Of a stretch of 64,000 nt of DNA, positions 13,076-22,249 are shown one piece after another (within the stretch, counting starts at the first letter, position 1; every line of letters starts with the position of its first letter). Origin of the DNA: an uncultured Pseudomonadales bacterium (GTDB lineage: Bacteria > Patescibacteriota > Microgenomatia > UBA1400 > UBA1449); the NCBI GenBank assembly GCA_964386355.1, contig CAYLQQ010000002.1:45374-109373 (forward strand), in the 5' to 3' direction. The translations under genes were made by a program, and so were the position numbers. The notes under the pieces are model-generated. The model was given only the letters and a program-made list of their open reading frames with translations. It searched no databases and was not told the DNA's origin.

Positions 13076-13993
13076 ATGATTGTTCTAAAAAACGTTTCTA
13101 AAAAATTCGATCAAACCCAGGTAATATCAGATCTGAATCTTACCATCAAAGAGGGGGAAATTGTTGGCTTGCTGGGACCAAACGGGGCTGGAAAAACCAC
13201 AACAGTACGGATGATTGCTGGTGTATTACCACCGAGCAAAGGAAGTGTTCATATCAACGATAAAAATCTCTTTGATGATGAGACACAAAACGGTATTCAT
13301 ATAGGGTATTTACCGGAGAATAATCCCGTCTATGATGATATGACTGTTGAGGAGTTTTTAAACTTCTGGTCAAATATTAAGGGAATGGATAAACAAGATG
13401 CATTCCAAAGAATTACTGATGTTATAAAGCAAGTTGGTCTTGGTGATGTGTATTATCGACCGATTGCGGAGTTATCAAAAGGGTATAGGCAGCGGGTAGG
13501 TATTGCACAAGCAATTCTTGATAAACCAGACATCTTGCTGCTGGATGAGCCGACTGAAGGACTTGATCCTAACCAGCGTCGTGATATCCATGACCTTTTA
13601 ACTTCACTTGGAAAGAAACGGACAGTAATTATCTGTTCTCATGTACTCTCAGAAATCACCAGAATGTGTAACCGTATCATTATTATTAACAAAGGCACTG
13701 TAGTGGCTGATAGTCCCGTTGAGCAAGTAGGGAATTTATCTGGTGGAGTTGTGTATGAGATGATGGCAAAGGGAAAAGATGTTGAGAAAGGTTTACGAAC
13801 CATTGAGGGGGTAATTAAGGTTGATGTGATGGATGCAACTAAGCCTGCAAAAACCTATCTTATCACAAGTAATTCAAAACAAGATTTAAGGCTGTCGCTT
13901 TTTGAGATGGCTAAAGATAAAAACTGGCAGTTATATGAACTTCTAAAGAAACAGGAAGATTTGGAGCAAATCTTTGCTCAAGTTACAAAATAG
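13076..13993 (+). CDS. ABC transporter ATP-binding protein (GldA-type)
   Basis: SD AGGAGGG 5 nt upstream; Walker A GLLGPNGAGKTTT, signature LSKGYRQRVGIAQA, Walker B LLLDEPT. Confidence 0.9.
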   Translation: MIVLKNVSKKFDQTQVISDLNLTIKEGEIVGLLGPNGAGKTTTVRMIAGVLPPSKGSVHINDKNLFDDETQNGIHIGYLPENNPVYDDMTVEEFLNFWSNIKGMDKQDAFQRITDVIKQVGLGDVYYRPIAELSKGYRQRVGIAQAILDKPDILLLDEPTEGLDPNQRRDIHDLLTSLGKKRTVIICSHVLSEITRMCNRIIIINKGTVVADSPVEQVGNLSGGVVYEMMAKGKDVEKGLRTIEGVIKVDVMDATKPAKTYLITSNSKQDLRLSLFEMAKDKNWQLYELLKKQEDLEQIFAQVTK

Positions 13994-14025
13994 ACTAATT
14001 AGAATACATAGCAACAATAAATCAT

Positions 14026-16236
14026 ATGAATATTCGAAACATACTTACAATAACTAAAAAGGAATTTTTAGGCTTTATTAATTCTACAACGGCCTACCTG
14101 CTTATCGTCCCTTTTATCCTAATAAGTTTCTTTTTATACTTCAGGCAAGCATTTATCTCAAATCAGGCAAATTTACGAGCCTTCTTTGACTTTTTACCAT
14201 TTATACTCTTATTTCTTGCTCCGGCAATATCGATGCGAACGTTTGCTCAGGAACAACGTAATAAGACTCTGGAAGTGCTGTTCGCACATCCGGTTACGGA
14301 GCTAGATATTACCCTTGGGAAATTTTTAGGATCACTTGCTTTTTATGGCACTATGTTACTTGCTACGATCAGTTTGCCTATTACTATTTTGCTTTTTGCA
14401 AAACCTGATATGGGAGTGATTATCAGCCAGTACTTAGGTGCTTTATTTATTGGTGGAGCATTTTTATCAATTGGTATAGCCACATCGACGCTTGTCGCTT
14501 CTCAAGTATCGAGTTTTTTATTAGCGGCAGCAGTAAACTTTTTACTCATACTGGTCGGTTTTGACATTGTGCTTTTAAGTCTTCCATCTGCACTAGGAGC
14601 TTTTGTGTCACAGCTGGCAATACTTCCCCACGCATCCAACATTAGCAGGGGTGCACTGGATATGCGTGACTTACTCTATTTTGTGACTATCGTCGGAATT
14701 GCCCTTACAATTGCAACCATAAAACTATCTGCACGTAAGATTGCAGAAAGTCAGATTGCCCGCCAAAAACTGTACATGGCCTTAGGTTTGGTGGTTGCCT
14801 TTGGAGTGATTACTAACATTTTTATGTACAGCTATCCAATCCGTATTGATTTGACAACCAACAAACTCTTTACCTTATCAAAAGGGACCAGAACAACCAT
14901 TGGAAATTTGCCAGATTTAGTCACTATTACACTCTACTCATCAAATAATTTGCCTGGTACGGTTGAATCAACTGTCCGGCAAACCAAAGATGTGCTTCGC
15001 GATTATCACAGGTTAGCAAAAGGAAAAATAAAGCTTGTCGAGAAACATCCCGATATAAATCCTGAGGATAAAACAGCAGCTGTTAATGATGGTATACAGG
15101 AGGTGCAGTTTAATACACTAAGTAATAATGCCTTTGCAGTCCAAGCCGGGTATGTAGGTCTTTCTCTTCAGTATCTTGATAAGAAAGAGACCATTCCGTT
15201 TATTCAAAACGCATCAGAGCTGGAATATCAGTTAACACGTTTGGTTCGCAAAATGACTACAGACAGCTTGCCAATCTTAGCTCTATATACACAACCAACA
15301 ATTACCTACACAGGACAACAGGCAGCAATAAATACGCTTAGGTCGGTACTCAGGGATCAGTATGATATTCGAGATTTGGATCTATCCCAACCCGAAGCTT
15401 CTATATCAGGAAAAGCTGTTATGGTGTATGGCTTAAACTCCGCTATGGGAGCAACAGCATCAGCCAAGCTTAAAACGTTTATAGCAGAAGGTGGTAATGC
15501 TTTATTACTGCTCGACAATCACACAGTAAATCCTCAGCTTGGGACTGCCCCTTCTTATACGGTAGGTATTGAGGATATGTTGGCCAATGATTTCGGAATT
15601 ACTGTCAATCAGGATCTAGTATATGATCTACGCTTAAACGAAATTATTACTCTGCAATCGGGTAATCAGCAATACTTACTTCCATATCCGTTCTGGCTGA
15701 AATCTTTGCCTGGTGAATCTAAAAAAATACCATTAGGAACTATTGGGAGCGTGACTTTGGCATGGCCAAGCTCTTTTACTCTAACTCAAAAAGAAAATGT
15801 GGTGCAGGAGCAACTGCTTATTACCAGCAAAAATGCCGGTTCACAACAGGGAACATTTCAAATTGCTCCTGAAAAACTACAAGCTAGCGATTTTAAAGTA
15901 GACGGTCAAGAGAAACCACTAGGAGTATTTGCGTCAAATACGAAGAGCACACTAATCGTAATTGGAGATAGTGATTTTATTACTGATCAGTTTGTGCAAA
16001 ATGCTCCAGTCAATTTGCAATTTGCTAACTTGCTTATCGATACAGTTGCAGCAGATGAGATTATGGCAACCGTTACTCAAAAATCAGGAGATAATCCTAT
16101 ATTTATATTTGATAGCGCCTCGCAAGCACAACTGGTTCAATATGTAAATTTATTGGGAGTACCTATCGTAATTGGGGTATTTGGTGGCTGGTGGCTACTC
16201 AGGCGTAAAAAGATGTACCAGCGAACTTATAATTAA
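14026..16236 (+). CDS. ABC-2 permease fused to a GldG-like extracytoplasmic domain (GldF-GldG-type fusion)
   Basis: N-terminal ~240 aa with 6 TM (ABC-2 permease-like), ~450-aa soluble domain, C-terminal TM anchor LLGVPIVIGVFGGWWLLRRKK; gene order ABC-ATPase / permease / DUF4340-like. Confidence 0.6.
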   Translation: MNIRNILTITKKEFLGFINSTTAYLLIVPFILISFFLYFRQAFISNQANLRAFFDFLPFILLFLAPAISMRTFAQEQRNKTLEVLFAHPVTELDITLGKFLGSLAFYGTMLLATISLPITILLFAKPDMGVIISQYLGALFIGGAFLSIGIATSTLVASQVSSFLLAAAVNFLLILVGFDIVLLSLPSALGAFVSQLAILPHASNISRGALDMRDLLYFVTIVGIALTIATIKLSARKIAESQIARQKLYMALGLVVAFGVITNIFMYSYPIRIDLTTNKLFTLSKGTRTTIGNLPDLVTITLYSSNNLPGTVESTVRQTKDVLRDYHRLAKGKIKLVEKHPDINPEDKTAAVNDGIQEVQFNTLSNNAFAVQAGYVGLSLQYLDKKETIPFIQNASELEYQLTRLVRKMTTDSLPILALYTQPTITYTGQQAAINTLRSVLRDQYDIRDLDLSQPEASISGKAVMVYGLNSAMGATASAKLKTFIAEGGNALLLLDNHTVNPQLGTAPSYTVGIEDMLANDFGITVNQDLVYDLRLNEIITLQSGNQQYLLPYPFWLKSLPGESKKIPLGTIGSVTLAWPSSFTLTQKENVVQEQLLITSKNAGSQQGTFQIAPEKLQASDFKVDGQEKPLGVFASNTKSTLIVIGDSDFITDQFVQNAPVNLQFANLLIDTVAADEIMATVTQKSGDNPIFIFDSASQAQLVQYVNLLGVPIVIGVFGGWWLLRRKKMYQRTYN

Positions 16237-16253
16237 TCCTAGATGTGTAACAT

Positions 16254-17150
16254 ATGACAAATAAGGTTTTATCCCAGCTTACATTTCTGGTTGCATTTGT
16301 TCTGCTGATATTATTTGGCAGAAATCTTATAACCAGATACCAGCAACAACAGCCAAATGAGTATCAAAATGCGATAAAAAGCATTAAATCAGATGACATT
16401 GTTCGTATTGAGTTGACCAAAGCAAGTCAAGAGCTGGTTTTAACACGACAGGACGGTATATGGAGGATTGCATCAAAATCAGCAGATATCGCAAAAGTAA
16501 ACGAACTTATTGGAGCTTTACTACCTAAACAATCACCACAGCTAATATCGGAGAATACAGATAAATTTTCAGATCTTGAAGCTACTCAAGAAACAGGAGT
16601 TACTGTAAAGCTGATAACCCAGCAGGATGAAAAAGTATTTATAGTAGGTAAGGCAATAGATACAGTGCGGGCAGTCAAATACGAACCTTTAGAAAAAGTA
16701 TATGGCATTTCTTCGGTGCCAGAACTATCAATCCAGGCAAGCGATTGGCTTAATACAACCGTTGTCGATATTGATAGTTCAAACATAAAAAAGATTTCAG
16801 TGAGTGGTAAAGAGATATACTCACTCATCCAAACCGGAGATAGGCAATGGTCTTTTGAGGGTTCTGATGAAAAGGTTAATAGCGATGGAGTTACTACATA
16901 TGCATATAAATTTAACCCTTTAAAGGCCGATGGTATTGCCAGTGAAGATCAAAAGCAGTCATTTGATCTTAGTAGTGCGGGGTTTCGGGTTTCAATAACA
17001 GATACCAGTGATGTGAATACTGATCTTCAATTTAAACTTATAGACGATCAGTACATTATCAAGCGCTCAACTGACAATGAATATTTTATACTAGATAAAC
17101 CAACGGGTGAAAGTTTTGAAAAACAAAAATCCGGATTTGTATCCTCATAA
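16254..17150 (+). CDS. membrane-anchored periplasmic protein, DUF4340-like (GldG-associated)
   Basis: N-terminal TM, beta-rich remainder. It sits where DUF4340 proteins sit, downstream of GldG homologs; the assignment rests on position more than on a motif. Confidence 0.4.
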   Translation: MTNKVLSQLTFLVAFVLLILFGRNLITRYQQQQPNEYQNAIKSIKSDDIVRIELTKASQELVLTRQDGIWRIASKSADIAKVNELIGALLPKQSPQLISENTDKFSDLEATQETGVTVKLITQQDEKVFIVGKAIDTVRAVKYEPLEKVYGISSVPELSIQASDWLNTTVVDIDSSNIKKISVSGKEIYSLIQTGDRQWSFEGSDEKVNSDGVTTYAYKFNPLKADGIASEDQKQSFDLSSAGFRVSITDTSDVNTDLQFKLIDDQYIIKRSTDNEYFILDKPTGESFEKQKSGFVSS

Positions 17151-17221
17151 ATCTTAAGTTCCTCTTGCAATCTGTTTCCAATCTCTATCATAATGGATGG
17201 GTTACTAATTTCTATTTACGT

Positions 17222-18166
17222 ATGCCTGCCAAAAAAACTGTAAAAAAGACTGCCTCAAAAAAAGTAGCAGTCAAGAAAACTCTCAAAACTAACCCTTTAT
17301 CGATCGCTGATAATAAGTACTTAGTGATGGTGCTTATGGTATGCGCACTTATTCCTCTTGCCATGATCATGCAAGTATTTTTCAGCAACTTCAGGACAAT
17401 ACAGAGAAACATGCCTGAGGTATTTGTGGGGGAAGAATCAGGAGTTAATCGAGTCTTTGTTACAAGCACAAGGTATGATGGCAATTTAGGTGGGCTTGCT
17501 GGTGCAGATACTAAATGCCAAGACATTGCTAACGCAAAAGGTATGGGTGGTACATGGAAAGCGTGGTTAAGTGATAGTAAAACTTCAGCTAGTTCAAGAC
17601 TTATTCATTCGAATAACCCATATGTATTACTGGATGGATCTATTGTTGCAAATAACTGGACAGATCTAACTGACGGTACACTACAAACACCAATAAATAT
17701 GGATGAAAACGGTTATCAGACAATAAACGAAATGGCTGTATGGACAAGTACTAAAGTTGATGGGAGTACATATTCTCCATATGCTAATAATACATTATGT
17801 AATGATTATACGGTCGCTGATGAAAATTATTCTATGTGTGGTATGGGTTATGTGAACAATAATGAGTGGACTGATTGGTCTTCGGATTGGTGTAAGGGCA
17901 CAAATAGGTTATATTGTTTTGAACAGATCGGCAATCCTCCAACACCCACACCTAGTCCAACTCCAGTAGTATGTTCTAAGGGCATGGCTTATCCTCACTA
18001 TAAAAACGTCAAAGGAGTGTGTACGAGAATTGATGAATGCGGCAGAACAACATGTGATCCTTTAAGGACACCAAAACCGACAAAATCCGCAGTAGTGAGA
18101 CCAACAAAATTACCAGTTGCTACGGTTAATCCAATCATACCTTTACCAACTCAAAACCCATACTAA
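17222..18166 (+). CDS. secreted cysteine-rich protein with a Pro/Thr-rich tail
   Basis: The tracked ORF starts at TTG 17165; ATG at 17222 (MPAKKTVKK...) followed by a TM. Block VFVTSTRYDGNLGGLAGADTKCQDIANAKGMGGTWKAWLSDS...LYCFEQ with 8 Cys; then a PTPTPSPTP linker and a second Cys cluster. It resembles what I recall as a DUF1554-type secreted domain, weakly held. Confidence 0.45.
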   Translation: MPAKKTVKKTASKKVAVKKTLKTNPLSIADNKYLVMVLMVCALIPLAMIMQVFFSNFRTIQRNMPEVFVGEESGVNRVFVTSTRYDGNLGGLAGADTKCQDIANAKGMGGTWKAWLSDSKTSASSRLIHSNNPYVLLDGSIVANNWTDLTDGTLQTPINMDENGYQTINEMAVWTSTKVDGSTYSPYANNTLCNDYTVADENYSMCGMGYVNNNEWTDWSSDWCKGTNRLYCFEQIGNPPTPTPSPTPVVCSKGMAYPHYKNVKGVCTRIDECGRTTCDPLRTPKPTKSAVVRPTKLPVATVNPIIPLPTQNPY

Positions 18167-18184
18167 ATTGAATAAAAAGATATT

Positions 18185-18213
18185 AAAAAGCCCTGGTGAA
18201 ACAGGGCTTTTTT
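18185..18213. terminator. bidirectional rho-independent terminator between convergent genes (GCCCTG-GTGAAA-CAGGGC)
   Basis: A-run upstream and T-run downstream of a 6-7-bp GC stem. Confidence 0.55.
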
Positions 18214-19252
18214 AGTCATAGAGGCCAGAAGTATCGATCATCTGCCATTGGTGATTAGTAAACGCCCAGTCAACTAGCTTTACTGTCTCTCCGAAGCGGT
18301 CGTAACTACCCAATACTGCTGTTACGATCCGGTGCCCGTCTCGCTCTACATAGGATACGAAGCATTCTCCAGCTGATTCAGTCCATCCTGTTTTAATTCC
18401 TTTTATGCCCGGCACTTTATCCAATAATTGATTAATAGCTATAAGGTCGTGGGGGATTGCATTTGTGACATCGTATACAGTTTCACTTTTAGTTGAGACC
18501 ATTTTTACCAGAGTATCATTCTCCATCAAATGAGAGCCGATGATTGCCAGGTCATGAACTGTAGAGAGGTGTCTGCCATTAGAAAGACCGGCAGGTTCTA
18601 AAAAATAGCTATCTTTAATACCAAAGGCCTCCAGTTTGCGGTTCATCTTTGCCACAAAGCCATCCATGCCATTTGGATCAAGATCAGCAAGGACGTAAGC
18701 TGCATCATTAGCTGAGTGAATGAGCAAGCCTTTAAGTAAATTCTCAACCGTAATATTCTCATCCTGCTGCAAAAACATAACTTGCCCGACACGAAGCGGA
18801 CTGGAAACGCTGGCAACTGTATCGAGCTTGTACTGATCAATAGCGACTAAAGCAGTAAGCATTTTTGTAGTTGATGCCGGGTGAAGTTTCAGATCAGGGT
18901 TTTTCATATACATGACCGCTTTGGAATCGACATCTACCACAATAGCTGACTGGGCGGAAATGTAGGGTGCTTGCGTACCTGTCGCATTAATGGGGTATGG
19001 ATTGGGTGTTGGAATGCTAGCTTTAATTTGTCTATATATCGGCTTGTCTTCAGGGATTTCGAATATGGGATAGGGGATCGTATTGGGAATGGTGAGGAAA
19101 AAGAGTGTAAGAGTAATGGTGAAAATAGAACGTTGTCTGGTTTTGGTCAGGCGCTTGAGATAGTTTCGCAGCTCTTCTTTGAGAGATTGAGGTTTTACAA
19201 GTATTGGTTTTATAACTTTGGGTTTGATAACTTTCTTTTTTGCCATGGTCAT
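18212..19252 (-). CDS. D-alanyl-D-alanine carboxypeptidase (S11, PBP5/6-like)
   Basis: SxxK ASTTKM, SxN HSANDAA, KTG IKTGWTE; N-terminal TM. Confidence 0.85.
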   Translation of the reverse strand: MTMAKKKVIKPKVIKPILVKPQSLKEELRNYLKRLTKTRQRSIFTITLTLFFLTIPNTIPYPIFEIPEDKPIYRQIKASIPTPNPYPINATGTQAPYISAQSAIVVDVDSKAVMYMKNPDLKLHPASTTKMLTALVAIDQYKLDTVASVSSPLRVGQVMFLQQDENITVENLLKGLLIHSANDAAYVLADLDPNGMDGFVAKMNRKLEAFGIKDSYFLEPAGLSNGRHLSTVHDLAIIGSHLMENDTLVKMVSTKSETVYDVTNAIPHDLIAINQLLDKVPGIKGIKTGWTESAGECFVSYVERDGHRIVTAVLGSYDRFGETVKLVDWAFTNHQWQMIDTSGLYD

Positions 19253-19293
19253 ATCATAGCAAATACACGAAATGTATGAGCGTCGGTATATGA

Positions 19294-19926
19294 TTAGGTT
19301 TTTCTAGTAAAAACAAAAATATGAGGCTCTTTATCTTCACCAATATATATTGTTTCACATTTAATTAGTTCTAAGCCTACAATTTTAGTCCACTTCCTAA
19401 TCTCTTTTTCTGAAAAATAGTGAAAAAATGTAGATGTACTACCTGACTCATCATAATATTCAGGTTCAATTTCTTCTTTATCACCTCCCAAGACACATGC
19501 GCATATGATTCCGCCACTTTTAAGCACTCTTTTAAACTCATCAAATGTAGACTCTAATTCGTTTGAAGGTATATGGATTAAGGTTCGAGCAGTCCAAATA
19601 CCATCAAATGTATTATCTGCAAAGCTCATTTTTCTTACATCCATGACTTTAAAGTCAACATCTTTTACTTTCTCTTGTGCTAATTCGATCATTGAAGGAG
19701 TTATGTCTATTCCTATGACTTTATAACCAAGTTTTCTTATTTTTTGACTCTCTCCGCCAGGTCCACAACCAGCATCAAGAATATACTTACCTGTAGAAAT
19801 AAGCTCAAGAAACTGTTTAATTTCTGGATCAAACTCAACTTGATCAAAATGTTTTTGATAATAGGAGTCGGTAATTACCGTATATGGTTTGATAATATTA
19901 TCTTTAATTATTGAATCTAATCTCAT
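19294..19926 (-). CDS. class I SAM-dependent methyltransferase
   Basis: Motif I ILDAGCGPGGES, then acidic-loop VIGIDITPSMI. Confidence 0.75.
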   Translation of the reverse strand: MRLDSIIKDNIIKPYTVITDSYYQKHFDQVEFDPEIKQFLELISTGKYILDAGCGPGGESQKIRKLGYKVIGIDITPSMIELAQEKVKDVDFKVMDVRKMSFADNTFDGIWTARTLIHIPSNELESTFDEFKRVLKSGGIICACVLGGDKEEIEPEYYDESGSTSTFFHYFSEKEIRKWTKIVGLELIKCETIYIGEDKEPHIFVFTRKT

Positions 19927-19929
19927 AAA

Positions 19930-21810
19930 TTAATTATTTTTTACAAATAATCCAAGTATAGGCTTTTCTGTACTTTTAAAATCCTCGCTTTTCATCTGCA
20001 CTGACTGCGTGTTTGATCCGGCATTGAAGTTGATCCAGGCTTGCTCAAGTAAGCCTTCATCAACATAGGTCGGAATATTAAATAAACTTCCAAATGGCGG
20101 GACGGAACCGGGTCGTAAGCCCGTGACCTTTAGTAACGTATCCTTATCTACTAGAGCAACATCTTTAAATCCAGTTGCTTGCTTAAATGCTTTTAGGTCA
20201 AGTTTAGATGCAGCTGAGACAACAACCATGATGGGTTTGCCATCAGCCATACAAACCAAGGCTTTAGCACCGGATTCTATGGAAGTTCCTCTAGCTTGTG
20301 CGGCCTCTTCGCTGGTAAACACAGGTTTATGCTCGAATTTCTTGTACTCAACTTTTTCATTATCTAAGTAATTGCAGATCTGCTCAAAGATCGATTTAGA
20401 AGTAGTCTGTTTCATAGAGCGGATCTGAATACCCAGCTCTTTCATCTGTTCTTCTGAGATGGGGCTGGGGGCATCCATCACTGCCGTTCTACCTGTTGAG
20501 GTCATCGGGAAGGCAATTGCCTCTTTAAGAGAGCTTTGGTTACTTAATAGCATGACAAACCTGTCTAAACCCAATGCTAGACCACCATGTGGCGGAGTTC
20601 CAAGACGAAACGCTTCAAGCATATGACCAACTGATGCTTCAATTTCTTCTTTAGAATATCCCATTATCTCAAACGTTTTATAAAGAGCGTTTGGGTTATG
20701 TGCCCGGATAGATCCTCCACCCATTTCGTATCCATTACAAACAAGGTCATATTGTGTTGTGAGAATATTCTCAATATTTTTCCCTTCCAGATGATCGGCA
20801 ATAAACTCATCTTTAGGCTGAGAAAACGGGTTGTGAGTGAATGTCCAGCCGCTTTTACCGTCACGCACCTCGGCCACGTCTTCTTTATTTACTTTCTTGA
20901 AAAATGGAAAGTCTACTACCCAAGCAAAAGCTAATACTCCATCCTTCTTTTCCTGTTCCGTTCGGATATCAAACCTGTCTGCACCATAGGTTTTAATAGC
21001 TTCATCATAAGTAATTATGGGAAATTTCCCTTCTCTTAGTTTACCTCCTACAGCCAAGATTGCTGCTTTGGTAGCCTGTTCAACCATTTCCATTACGTCC
21101 TCTCGTTTGACAAAGGACATCTCCAAATCAAGCTGGGTAAACTCAAATCCCCGGTCAGCCCGCAGATCCTCATCGCGGATGCAACGGGCAATCTGGAAAT
21201 AGCGTTCAAAGCCGGCTGTCATCAAAAGCTGTTTGTACTGCTGGGGTGATTGGGGCAAGGCATAGAACTTGCCTGGTTGGAAACGGGAAGGAACCACAAA
21301 ATCTCGGGCGCCTTCTTTGGTTGATTTGGTCAGCATGGGTGTCTCGATCTCGACAAAATCATTGGCAAATAAAGACTTGCGGAACTCTTCGATGAGCTTA
21401 CTTCGAAGCCTGATTGCTTTTTGCAGACGCTCACGTCGAAGGTCCAGGTATCTGTATTTTAACTTGAGCTCTTCATCAAGTTGAGTGCCATCAGTATCTA
21501 TGGGGAAGGGTAGTTCTTTGCATTCATTTAACAGGCTAAATGATGATGCTTGAATTTCGATTGCGCCGGTAGGAAGGTCTTTATTTACCATTTGCTCGGG
21601 ACGGTTATTAACTATACCGACTACTTCAACCACATCTTCCTGACTGAGTTTTCCCATTTTTGAGTCGCCCACTACCTGCACCTTGCCCGATCTATCGCGA
21701 AGCTCGATGAAAACTAATTTGCCGTGATCGCGGACCGTATCAACCCAACCTTGTAGCAAGATCTCCTCACCAATCTTTTTAAATGTTTCAAGTGCGAGTG
21801 TGCGTTTCAT
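19930..21810 (-). CDS. aspS: aspartyl-tRNA synthetase (no GAD insertion) with a C-terminal YbaK/ProX-type deacylase domain
   Basis: Class II motif 2 FQIARCIRDEDLRADRGFEFTQLDLEMSF, motif 3 GGLALGLDRFVMLL. The C-terminal ~155 aa (KALVCMADGKPIMVVVSAASKLDLKAFKQATGFKDVALVDKDTLLKVTGLRPGSVPPFG) aligns along its length with E. coli YbaK, including the conserved Lys and the GxxxPxG loop. Good SD AAAGGAGATAT before the ATG. Confidence 0.85.
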   Translation of the reverse strand: MKRTLALETFKKIGEEILLQGWVDTVRDHGKLVFIELRDRSGKVQVVGDSKMGKLSQEDVVEVVGIVNNRPEQMVNKDLPTGAIEIQASSFSLLNECKELPFPIDTDGTQLDEELKLKYRYLDLRRERLQKAIRLRSKLIEEFRKSLFANDFVEIETPMLTKSTKEGARDFVVPSRFQPGKFYALPQSPQQYKQLLMTAGFERYFQIARCIRDEDLRADRGFEFTQLDLEMSFVKREDVMEMVEQATKAAILAVGGKLREGKFPIITYDEAIKTYGADRFDIRTEQEKKDGVLAFAWVVDFPFFKKVNKEDVAEVRDGKSGWTFTHNPFSQPKDEFIADHLEGKNIENILTTQYDLVCNGYEMGGGSIRAHNPNALYKTFEIMGYSKEEIEASVGHMLEAFRLGTPPHGGLALGLDRFVMLLSNQSSLKEAIAFPMTSTGRTAVMDAPSPISEEQMKELGIQIRSMKQTTSKSIFEQICNYLDNEKVEYKKFEHKPVFTSEEAAQARGTSIESGAKALVCMADGKPIMVVVSAASKLDLKAFKQATGFKDVALVDKDTLLKVTGLRPGSVPPFGSLFNIPTYVDEGLLEQAWINFNAGSNTQSVQMKSEDFKSTEKPILGLFVKNN

Positions 21811-22005
21811 ATATCTCCTTTAATCATTAATAATTTGAACAATAGGTACAAAAAAACCGCCATAGTTCCCCATCAAAAAGGGCCAATCTGGCGGTACCAC
21901 CTAATTCTTTACTTATCCTGCTATTACGGGCTTACCCGTTCCGGTTATTACTCCGGACAGCTCGTCCTTTGTCAGAGGACTCAGACGCTTGTATGATTTA
22001 TTAGT
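21811..22005 (-). promoter_or_regulatory. T-box-like riboswitch leader of aspS (Asp specifier GAC)
   Basis: On the minus-strand RNA, a T-box sequence AAUUAGGUGGUACCGCC (plus strand 21890-21906) overlaps a terminator, CCGCCAGA...CUAUGGCGG followed by UUUUUUU (21851-21894). Upstream, the hairpin GUCCU-CUGACAA-AGGAC (21964-21980) carries GAC in its loop. A CGGGUAAGCCCG hairpin and an AGCAGG block are shared with the serS leader. Confidence 0.6.
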
Positions 22006-22064
22006 AATAATTATAAAATATGAGGGAAAAAAATACAAACTGAAATCAAAACCTAATTTAATTA

Positions 22065-22093
22065 TTGACGAGAGCGAAGTTTACTATAGAATA
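22065..22093 (+). promoter_or_regulatory. putative sigma70-like promoter (TTGACG-N16-TAGAAT)
   Basis: Consensus-like hexamers read from the sequence; drives the short structured transcript at 22100-22250. Confidence 0.3.
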
Positions 22094-22223
22094 ATTAGGC
22101 TATGAATTGCAGATCCAATTACCAACACCTTACCAAATGCCAAGTCCGCTTTATGTGGATTATTTTGGGTGGTATTAAGGAGGTTCTTGGGTAAGTTTGT
22201 ATAAAAAGATAGAAAACCAAAAC

Positions 22224-22249
22224 CTCCTTAAACCAAGGAGGTTTTTTTA
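22224..22249 (+). terminator. rho-independent terminator (CCTCCTT-AAACC-AAGGAGG, then T7) that also sequesters the SD of the next ORF
   Basis: Perfect 7-bp stem followed by TTTTTTT and ATG at 22249. An upstream copy of AAGGAGGTT (about 22166) can pair with the same CCTCCTT instead. Confidence 0.5.
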
